The notes below the pieces were generated by a model that worked only from the letters and a program-made list of their open reading frames with translations, ran no database searches and was not told the DNA's origin. Source: Geosiphon pyriformis uo1 (taxonomy: Eukaryota; Fungi; Glomeromycota). Taken from it: 64,000 bases of DNA. Made by a program: the position numbers and the translations under genes. Numbering within the stretch: the stretch's first letter is position 1; the number at the start of each line of letters is the position of its first letter. Below are positions 26,345 to 37,100 of the stretch, in pieces. Where the stretch lies: positions 224,880 through 288,879 of the forward strand of contig JAAOMT010000639.1 in the NCBI GenBank assembly GCA_016748015.1, given 5' to 3'.

Positions 26345-28167
26345 AATTTCTGGGAATCTTGATTGCATAATGAATAATTATCTCATGAGAAGCACCTTCT
26401 TGATATTTTAACATTAATGTCTATTTTTAAAATAAATTTTTTAAATTTTTTAAATAATACAGATTTAAAACAATTAAAAGTTGCGTTAAAAGCATTTTTT
26501 TCTTTAACAAAAAGTTTTTTTTTTAGTTAAAATTTATTTAAGCAGCATAATAATGTTATTAATTAAAATTTAGCTCAAAATTATTATTTAATTTAGCACG
26601 AATTGCTATTTTACAAATTATATTAATAATTTATTATTGTTAGCACAATTTTTCAAATTTTATATTAATTTACAAGTATAATTAAATATTGTGATTAAAT
26701 TATATAGTACTCTAAAACATATAACAATAAGATTACAAGCAGTTTAAACAAAATATAAAATAATTTAAATAAAATTTAAACAGTTTAAGTAAAAATTAAA
26801 GCAAAAAAAAAACTTTTTATTTTTTCATTTTTATGACCACATTTAAAACAAAGAATAAAAAAAGTTGCTTTTTTTTTTATATTGTTTTTAATATTTTTAA
26901 TGTCTTAAAAGCCTTTTTAGAAATAAAAGCAGTTAAATAATATTTTTCTAAAGTGCTTTTTTTAAGTAATAAAAACACAAACCAGTTTTTAATTACTGGA
27001 AAAACATTATTTTTAGCTTTAAGTAAAAGTTTCTTCCAAGCAATTAACTAAAAACAGTTCTAGTGTAATTGTTATTTTTACAAAAAATTAATAACCAAGT
27101 TATTTTCTTTAAACCAATTTTTTTTTATTGCTATTTAAATAATTAAAAAAGCAAAATAACTTATTTTTTTTTTCAAGCTTAAAACAATCAATGTTTTTAA
27201 AATACCAGAGAAATTTGTTTTTTTTGGTATTTTTTAAAGCATTATTTTTGATTTAAAGTCTGTCTTTTTTTTTGAAAAAAATAAATTATAGTTTTTTTGG
27301 TTTTTTAGTATTTTTATTAATTTTGTTGTAATTTCACTAATTATAATATTGTTACCAAAAATTCTTGCTTTTAAAAATGGTTATTTATTGATAATAATCT
27401 CAAATTTATTACTTATCTATTGCTGTTAAAATTTTGATCCAATTCTATTAATGTAATATATTTTATAAAATGTTTTAAAAAAATAATATCTAAATTCAAG
27501 TTTTTTAAACAATTACTATCTTGTTTTAAATATAAAATATCGTTAATGATAATAATTTAAGTCTTAAAAAATTAGTTAAATCCATTAAAACTATTTATTT
27601 ATTAATTTTTAATGAATTTTATTGGCTTTTTTTTAAAGTATAAAACTTAATAATAAAATGTTTTAATTTTATAAATCTTTAAAAGTATTTTTTTTTAAAT
27701 AATAACAAAACTTATTTTAAATTCAGTATCTTAAAATAATTAATGTATTAAAAATTAGTAGTTAATTAATTATAAGATTATTAAATTTTAATAAAAAGAA
27801 TTAAAAATTTTTTTTTAATTAATTATTTTTAGTTAAAAAAAAATTGTTGAATTTTTATTTTAAATATAAGAATTATTATTATATTAAATATTTATTAAAA
27901 AATATATTAATTAAAAAAAAGTTTTTCTTTTATACTAATATTTATTGTATTAATTTATGATTTTTAACTTTTAGTTTTATTAAAATATTTGTTAATGTCT
28001 TGTAAATTAATATATAATTTCAATAAACTATTTAATATTTTAAAAAACTTTAATTAATTTTAATCTAAACTGCTTAAGTTTTAGTCTAAAATATTCTTGT
28101 ATTTAAAATTTAAAGTTTTATATGTTTAATTATACTATTTTGTATTAATTTAACATGAAAATTAAAA

Positions 28168-30463
28168 TCAGGAATCTATTCTTTGTCTCCTTAATTTTAT
28201 GACCACAACCAGAGCTAAGAGTAAAAAGGCTGCACCTGATATCTGTCCTAAGATATCTAATAAAATTTCAACCAGAGGAGCTCTTTCTGTTGTAGAAACA
28301 ACTAGGCAAAACGTTTTAGAAGCCTTCCCCTTACCCAGTAATCGTGAGAAACTGCCTTTGGTAGCCACTGAATCAACTTCCCTATCTTTGGCTGGTTTTT
28401 CACCAGTCAAAGTTCCTTCAAAGAGACACACTTGGATTAGTCCCAGTATTGCCTCCACCCCGACTAAGAGCCCAAAAGTTTTTAATAATAGACCAGTAAA
28501 TAAGCTGGTCTTCCCTTCTATAGACTCAACACCTGGTGCTTCTGGCACTACCTCTTCAAAAAAATGGTCAAAAAGACCAAAAGTTCAGAAAGGTGGGAGC
28601 AGTCGCTTGCCTCTGCTATTGTCATACTGAACCCCTTTGTGGTTCCCAATGAGATCCTAGATGAGATCTTAGTAGCATTATTCGGCATGTTGTCTAAGAT
28701 AGGCCAAAATCAACCACTGGCTGTATTGCCAAATGTGGTGTCTTCCGGCAGATCATCACCAGTTTTAAAAGCAAAACAATCTTCTTCTGTAGGGTTACCT
28801 GTTCTTGAGAACTGGGCTGATCAAATGGAAACTGATTCATCTCCTCCTCTAGTTTCTGGTGCTACTTCTGATAGTGCTTGGGAAACTATTCCTAGTCATC
28901 AAAGATTTGCTGGGTGAGTGGCCTCCACTCTGGTGTCTGGTGCTACTTTCAAGACCAAATTGGCTCATGTTAAGACTGTTTTTCAGTCTGTGCATGGTTT
29001 TTTGGGTGCCAAATCTATTTCAAAAGACAATATAAAGCTTTTCTGTATGGAGTTTGCTTCTCAACAGTCTTTGGAAGCTGCGTTTCTGGTTGAGCTTACA
29101 AGCTCTGTTCGTTTGGCCACACTCAAAATTGCCAAGTCTTTGGTGGTTTCTGAATTTGGTTCTTCTTCTGCTGCTGTTGTGCTGCGTGATGTACCTTTGG
29201 GTGTGTCTGCTGCTGACATTAAGTTGGCTCTCAGTGTGTTTGGTAGTGTCACTCGTGTTGTGCTAAAGCCTGCTGGCATTTGGCAGTATGTGGTGGTTTA
29301 TTTTGAAAAGTTGGACTCTGCTGTGTCTGCCTTGAAGCATTGGTCAGTCTTGGTGGGCAAGAATAGTGTTAGAATCCTCCCTCTGGTAAATCAAAATGAG
29401 ACTATTTTGTCTCATGATAAGTTTAAGGCCAAATTGGTCAACCTTCCCCCTGGTTGTACTGTCTTTAAAATCAATGATATAATTTCTCAGATTGGTGGTC
29501 GAACATGTTTCATCTCTCATTCTTCTGATTCTGGTCATTGTTTCCAGTTTGCTTTGGTTACATTTGGCTCTCAAGATGATTTGGATTCTGCTGTAGTCAA
29601 AACTGGTACTCTAAGAAAATGCCGTATCTGGTGGGAAACTCTTGGTTGCTGGCGCTGCTTTAGGTGTCAAGAAATGGGCCATCTAGTCATAGATTGCAAG
29701 ATTTCTCCACCCCCCACTCCCAAGGTTCCCAAGATTTTTAAGTCTCATTTTGTGGGTTCTGCTTCATATGCCAAGACTGCTGCTCCTTCTGGTTTTTCTG
29801 AGTTTCCTCCTTTGGTGGCTCTTTTGGCTGCTTCTGTTGTTGATCCTGCTGTTGGTTCTAGATTGGACTCTTTGGAAAAGCAGATTTCGGATTTGGCTGC
29901 TCTGGTTAAGTCTATTGTTGAGCCTGTTGGTTTTTTGGTTGCTTTGGTGTCTCGTCTTCTTAATGATAATGCTGCTAAGACTGTTTAGATCGAAAAGGAT
30001 CTCATTTCTATGAAGAGTGCTGCTAACAATTTTTCTAATCTCTTGGTTGGGGTCTTCAAGGACATTGCTTGTCTTAGATCTGAGGTTGACTTTGGTGATA
30101 TGAATTATGATGGTATGCTGGCTGCTAAGCCCTTTTTTTTAAGTGAGGACACTATTGAGCGTGTTATTGCTTTGTGGCATATGTCTGGTGCTGAAACCAG
30201 AGGCAATATTGAGTCTACTAGATTGTTTCTTAGTGAGTTTATTTTTGACTCTAGGAATCTGAATGGTATCATTGAGAGAATTCGTGGGTTGGGATTATTT
30301 CTACCTACTTCTGATTCAGTGTAGTGAGTCCTTGATTGGGCCGAGTGTCTGATCACATGTAGAAAATGCATGATTTACATCTATAATGTAATCCCTTCTG
30401 TGGTATCATAGTTTAGGTGGTATTTGGGTCTCGCTCGTTAAAATATAATAAAAAAAAAAAAAA
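28168..30463 (+). mobile_element. ORF1-only non-autonomous LINE derivative (HAL1-like) with LINE 3' tail and poly(A)
   Basis: ORF1-like frame runs directly into a 3' UTR homologous to 59185-59305; poly(A) at 30450-30463; no ORF2; possible TSD aaaattaaaa (weak, low complexity). Confidence 0.8.
28199..30324 (+). pseudogene. LINE ORF1p-like nucleic-acid-binding protein (RRM-like region + CCHC knuckle)
   Basis: One frameshift in the A-run at ~28560, stops at 28915 and 29986; VVLRDVPLG, WSVLVGKNSVRI, knuckle CFRCQEMGHLVIDC, coiled-coil-like RLDSLEKQISDL. Confidence 0.8.
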
Positions 30464-33231
30464 TTAAAACATTATATTATTAATAATCTTAATAAAAATT
30501 TTATTATTATTAAGCTTTTAATAAATAAAATCCAATTACTATCTAGTACACAAAGCCAAATTAAGTAGTCTAACCTAGATGCAACTCATGCATTTCCTAT
30601 ATGTAACAACACGAGAGTTATAATCTAAATCTGTGAAAAAAAGACAGGGCCATTGATGACCAAAACTAATAGCAAAAGATTCGATAACACTAAACATTCT
30701 AACTACTTTCTCTGACAATAAAGATTTGATACAACATAACAAACCCAAAACCAAACCATTATTACCAACCAAACCTGCTTTTTCTATATCCACCCTATGT
30801 TTACACTTCACCAGCCAAATTTTAGAGCAATGCAGTTTAGCCAACCACCTAATAAATTCAATAATTATGCAAAAAGTCTTTTTTTTTCCATCAAAAACAT
30901 CAACAGCTTTCATGCATTAATTTCAAAGCACAAACTCTTTACACAACACAGAATACAAATCCACATCTGAAGAGCACTAACCAAGAGTCTGCAAAACAGC
31001 AAAAAAAAACAGGTCATTGACACCCAACAAAGAAGTCCAAAACACAACAGCTTTAGCCAAAACTTTTCCCCAAATCCCAGCATCCGATACACAAATAAAA
31101 ACATGATCAAGCAGTTCCACCTTACTACACACCAAACACAACACACCAGGATACTTTCTATTATATAATCTCTTCCTAACCATGACAGGCAGCCATTGTT
31201 GTACCATTTTCATTAGATATGTATACAAATCAGAAGATCCCTAACTAGTAAAGCCAGCAAGCATATAAAAGTCAAGATGCCACACCTTAGCCATAGCACT
31301 TCAGTCCACACACCTCATCAGGTCACTTAGAATAATGTTTTGGCCAGGACCAGCCTCCCAATGAGCATGATAAATAGACTGGAACACATCCCTAACAAAA
31401 TAATAGACATTGCCAAATACAGCTGTGGCTTCAGCCACTAGAAAACATTCATGCACTCTTATAGGCAAAGACAACTTAAAACATGTAGCACAACCAGCAG
31501 CAGCATCAGCTTCCACATTATCTATAACCCCAGAATGGCCCTTGATTTTCACCCACTTTACACTAAGATTTTTATCTCTAATCAAATTAAAAATGTAACA
31601 TCTTTCTATTCAGCATGGAACATGAAAATCCAGCACAGCTAAAAACATTTCAAACACACATGTATCAATAGCAGTCTGACTGTTAAGATACAATACCACT
31701 ATACAAGAGAATGAGATGCACTCCAATACCAAAGCAACTACCTGTAACTCAGATAAAGTAGATGACAACAGACTTTGAACTTTAACACCAACACTCAGAT
31801 TTACAGAAGGAAAATATGCAGTCATACTGCCAGCAACATTAGTAGTTCTAGCATTTCTCAAAAAACCATTTGTGTAGATGTCAAACAAACCAGACTATAT
31901 CTCATGTAAATCACTCCAAACATTAGAGAACTTCACAGAATTCAAAACATCCAGCTCAGGTAGAAGACCACTTCCAGCAGAGACAACCAATAAAAAGTTC
32001 ACATTCAGCAAAAATTTTGAAACAGTCACAAACCAGAAAGAAACAGGGCCTTTAGAATCTAACTTCTTTCAATGACAAAAGATCTTCTAATCCATTATGT
32101 GACCTTTTTTATCAACCAGTCTATTACTAAAAGTGACACCAAAATGTTTTAATGAACAAACCAAGCTAAAGTAAAGAGCATTTTTCAACACAAATAATAT
32201 AGGAAATGCATCAGGACTATAAAAGGCACTTGGCAGATTGTTAGCTAAAGATAGCTTATTATCCAAAAAAATCTTAACCACACTAGCCAAAAAATTGTTC
32301 ACAGAACTAACATGTAACTTAACAGAAAACTGCAAGGGGTTCAATAGAGCCCAGCCCAGAATCTGCAAATCCAAAAATCTATGATTGAATAAACACCCAA
32401 AAATGCCAGAAGCATTGGAAAATGAAATCACAGCAGTTAATTTACACTCTGACTGCACTTGCTCAAAAGATTTTAGGCCATATAACAAGAGATAATATAA
32501 CACTTCGACTGGAAAATTATGTAGCAAATGTGCTTTAGACCTAAGATTTTTCTAAACCATAGTGTCCCACTTGTGGCAAACCCCCAATGAAACAAAATTA
32601 AACTGGGTCTTATAGATAACAATTGGCTATAGAACAGCCGAAACCAAATAAGAGAACTGCTTGTCAGTAATAACTTTTTTGAGCACCATATTGGCAAAAA
32701 AGTGCACATTTGAATAAGCTTTGGCCACACTTGGCTTAAACAACCCTTCAATAGACAAAAAAATACCCAAGTATCTATAAGCCTCACTCTTTCTAGCTAT
32801 TGAAATTGGCTGACCACTTATGCTCAAAGAAGCCACCTTAACACCCTAATTAATAAGAATAGCCACAGTCTTTTCATTGTTAATAGAAATATTATTAATT
32901 GCAAAAAACTTACTAGCAATATTCAGAGCATACTGCATCAATGCTTGACAATCATTAATCCAAATTGTATTATCCACAAATGCACCTGCAGCAAAAAAGA
33001 AAGATAATCCACCACTAGTCTTAATTCTACCAGTTTTTGCTACAAACTTAGTGTCAATTCAATAACTACACAAATGCTTATACCTCTTAACTTTGCATAA
33101 AAGAGAATCATAAAAAATCTTCCAAAGAAAAGGTGAAAAGACCTCATCTTGATCCAAGCCATTACACACTCTGTATCCATCAGTAAGGCTGAAATCAGTC
33201 ATAACTCTATTAATTTTATCACCATGTATGC

Positions 33232-34106
33232 TGTTATTCATAGAAAAAAAAAACAGATATAGAAAAATAGAAGACCAATAGAAGAATAGTAATTAGCATA
33301 TAAGCACATTGCTTAGCAATATGGAGCAATGTCAAAAAGTATGGCACATTGCTCAGCAATGTGGAGCAATGTCAGAAATCATGGCACATTGCTCAGCAAT
33401 GTGGAGCAATGTTAAGAAAATATGGCACATTGCTTAGCAATATGAACATTGCTTGAGAAATTATAGCACATCACTTGGGAATGTGAGTGATTTTATAGAA
33501 CCCAAATTATGTATATATAGTGGTAGCATTAGAAGTAGAAAAGACAGACCTCTCAGTTTAGATTTGATCTAAGCAACCTTCCATTCACAAATATCAATAA
33601 ATAATTATTCACCATTTTAATCTACTCTTCACTATCAACACTTCATGTTGATAGTAAGTAATACTTAACCACACGAGAACAATAGCTCTTGATCATGGCT
33701 ATTGACAGGATACTAACTTGCAATTGCTTTTGTTTATTTCTTTATTTTTTCTTTTATTTTTCTTTGATTTGTCATTTCGTTGGTTTTACTAAACTGATTA
33801 AAAATTAAGCACTGAGTTATTGACATCAAGAATAGCCTGACCCCAAAGGAAGGGTATATGAATTGAGAATTTAAGGATAGCTTACCAGAAGGGCATCTCT
33901 GCCAAGATTACTGGCCATCACACTGAGAAAAAAATTTGATAAAACTGCAGTTTTGAGAGACTATGAAAAAGACAATACTTGAATCTCTGTTCATTATACA
34001 AAGGACTCCACAATAAAACTTTCAAATATTAACACCAAAATACCAACCAAGCACCAAGTTACAGATTTGTTATTTGATTTGAGACCCCAAATAATCATCT
34101 GTAACA
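33232..34106 (+). repeat. 5' LTR of copy D
   Basis: Collinear with 42514-43395; TATA at 33512-33519; AATAAA at 33596. Confidence 0.96.
33304..33488 (+). promoter_or_regulatory. U3 array of five ~40-bp units with palindromic core CACATTGCT-N-AGCAATGTG
   Basis: Unit starts at 33304, 33344, 33384, 33425, 33466, just upstream of the LTR TATA; duplicated at ~42586-42770. The regulatory role is inferred. Confidence 0.75.
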
Positions 34107-34108
34107 TT

Positions 34109-34124
34109 TGGTGCTCCCTGTGAG
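34109..34124 (+). other. Primer binding site (TGGTGCTCCCTGTGAG), likely elongator tRNA-Met
   Basis: 2 nt after the LTR end; reverse complement CTCACAGGGAGCACCA resembles eukaryotic elongator tRNA-Met 3' ends. Confidence 0.75.
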
Positions 34125-34126
34125 AT

Positions 34127-37100
34127 ATAATCTTACAGAGAACCAGCACCAATTACACTCATTCCAAAAGTGGCAGAATCAAAAAGTATAGGAGCAAACC
34201 ATTTAGAATTCACAAAATTCTTATTTCAATACTACTGTCAACACTTAGGATTAAACCAAAATCATATATCAGCAGAATCTGCCTTCAATTTCTATGTCAA
34301 TGAAAGAATTGCATATTTGTTAGGAACACCAGTAAACACTGAATCAGCAAGAGAAACTTTTTACCATGAATTAATCCAAAACACCAGCCTACCAACAAAT
34401 TATAATTTCACATCCATTATTACTAAGATTAATAAAGAAATTGAACATCATACACAACAAAGATATCCAATCACTTATGCTAATAAAGGCAAAGAAAAAT
34501 TACAAACACCAGCAGTGACACCAAAACAAATACAACCACCCACTTGGAAGAAAACCAGAGTTGAATCACCAACAAATCCATCATACTACTATATACTTGG
34601 AAGCACTATCAACATTACATCAACAGGCGCATTCACATCACACATGACATCAACCTTTGAATGATTCCCATTTCAGAGTAAACAAAGGAAAGAAGATCTT
34701 CTAAGACCATATGGCATGTATTTTGAAGGATTTAAGTTCTGATTACCAATGCCATCAGGACTTCAATCTCTACCATCCCAACCAGATTTCAGAACCGTGA
34801 GTTCCTGGGAAGTAACAGAATTGGAGGAAGAACAAAAAAAAGAGGAAGAAGAATCTAAAGATCAAGAATTTACTTACCAGAACCTAATCCCAGAAAACCT
34901 GAACATTGAAACTCCAAATTTCCAGACTTAGCAAAATCTAAATTTAGAAAATCTGGAAATTGAAACTCTGAATTTTCAAACACAGCCAAATCAGAACGAC
35001 TGAAACTCCGACTTAATTAATCAACAAAACTTACTTTCTGGAATCATCATTAATCAGCCACTAGCCGAATCTATATAACAGCCACCCCAACAACCACTTC
35101 AACAAATTCATCAGCTGCCTGTACTATAATAACAACAACAAATGGCATATGCACTAATTGCGAAGCTTGATAAATTCACTGGTAAAAAAAATGATGCCCA
35201 AGTCTGGCTAAATGATGTAGCTAAAGCAATTACAGCCAATAACTGGGATAATACTAGAGCCATGCAAGCAATTTTTTACTTTCTTCAGAACATCACCGAT
35301 GCATGGTACCAAAGCCTTGCCATCAAAACCCAAAATTTTAATGAATTCAAAACCAAATTCTTAAGATACTTTAGTAATAATAATAGCATCAACAAGTTAG
35401 CCAACACCTTCACCACAATTAAACAAGGGGAAACTGAAGCAGTTACTACTTACTTGGGACAGTTCTACAAGAACCTATGCCAAATTCAAGTAATCCAAGC
35501 TGACTATTTTACAGTGCCACAAATTTTAAACCAGTTTATCTATGGGTTGCACAGTAGCATTCTCCAATGCGTATATCCAATACATTCACAAACTCTCCAG
35601 AACGCAGTTACCAATGCACGAGATTTCGAAACAGCTAAACTAGAAGCCAATCATGCTCAAGCCATAAATCTGGTCATAAATAGATTGTCTGAATTGGATT
35701 CTAAATTGAAACAATTAAGTAATTCAATTAATCAGAAATTGGAAGGATACTTAGCTGACAATCATGCAATATATCAACTACCACAATGACACAATAATTC
35801 TGGAAACACAGATCATTTCCAGAATCAGTTGCATCCAACATCCTCGACCAATTAACAGTGGTAGCTGGAAATGCATATTTGCCACTATTGTGGTAGACAA
35901 GAACATTTGCAATTTGAATGTCAAAAAAGGATAAGCAACCAGAGATCAGTTAATTAGTATCAAAATTCTGATCACCGACTACAAACTCAGAATTATATCA
36001 GTAATCAATCAAATTCAGCTCTATATCAACAAGATTATCTACCTATAATACAGCCAATATATCAAACACCAATGACACAGCAATTATACTCACTTCCAAT
36101 TTATTAGTTTCCAGCAGCAATTTATCAACTGCAATCTCAACCCAATTATCAGCAGCAGTCTCAGGTAAATTATCTGTCTCAACAACATCAAACACTGCCA
36201 CAGAACTTACCTCAAAACAGAACTCAAAGACCAAGATTAACACAGCAAAGCTGGAGATTGTCAATAGTAGTCCATCAATTGATCCCCAGTTTCACGGCAC
36301 AACTATCAGGATTTTGACCATAGAATTTGGGCACCAGGTACATCCAAAACCCGAATTTCCAGAACTATTTAAGTCTCTTAGTTACTCCAAAAGACATCTC
36401 ACTTAATAATCTGGAAACCAACCAAAAAAAATCACTCACCAACAACATACCTCTAGCCACCATCACCAACGACAAATCACTAGCAGCAATCTTTCCATTT
36501 AAACTTAAAGAAACTACATTAGTCCCATTATTCAGTGGAGCTGCTCTTGACACCAAACCAATTACCACTATGTATACTGATGCCAAAGTCAATGGCCACT
36601 CCATCAAACTGATCCTAGATAGTAGATCAGCTGGCAGTATTATTATAAAGCAACTCATAAACCAATTAGGTCACCGAGTTGATCACGCTGCCAGCACCAG
36701 AATCATAACTGCCAATGAAGCAACCAAAACTCTCATTGGTAAGATTGATGACTTCCCTATAGAAGTCAATGGCATCATCGTACCAATCAAAGTATTAGTC
36801 ATGAAAGCCACCCAATACTAAGCACTTGTTGGTAATGATTGGCTATCTAAAACCAACACATCACTTAATTGAAATACACAGGAGCTTTAAATCAGCCAGA
36901 ACGGATGATACACACATGTATCAGCCATGTGTGGCCACTTCATGACTACCAACTTGACAGCACCACTCATAAAGTTTGAAGAAAAAAAAGAAAAACCTAT
37001 CTGGAAAGCTTATCAAGTGTTCTGAGCCGGCAAAAAACACAACAAGCTGCTGCCAGTACCTTTATGGGATGACAATAACAAAAAAGAAAAGAAAAAAGAA

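Noticed and set aside
33304-33488. CRISPR-like palindromic repeats
   Set aside because: Contiguous tandem units without unique spacers, duplicated in both LTRs, no cas genes, eukaryotic context.
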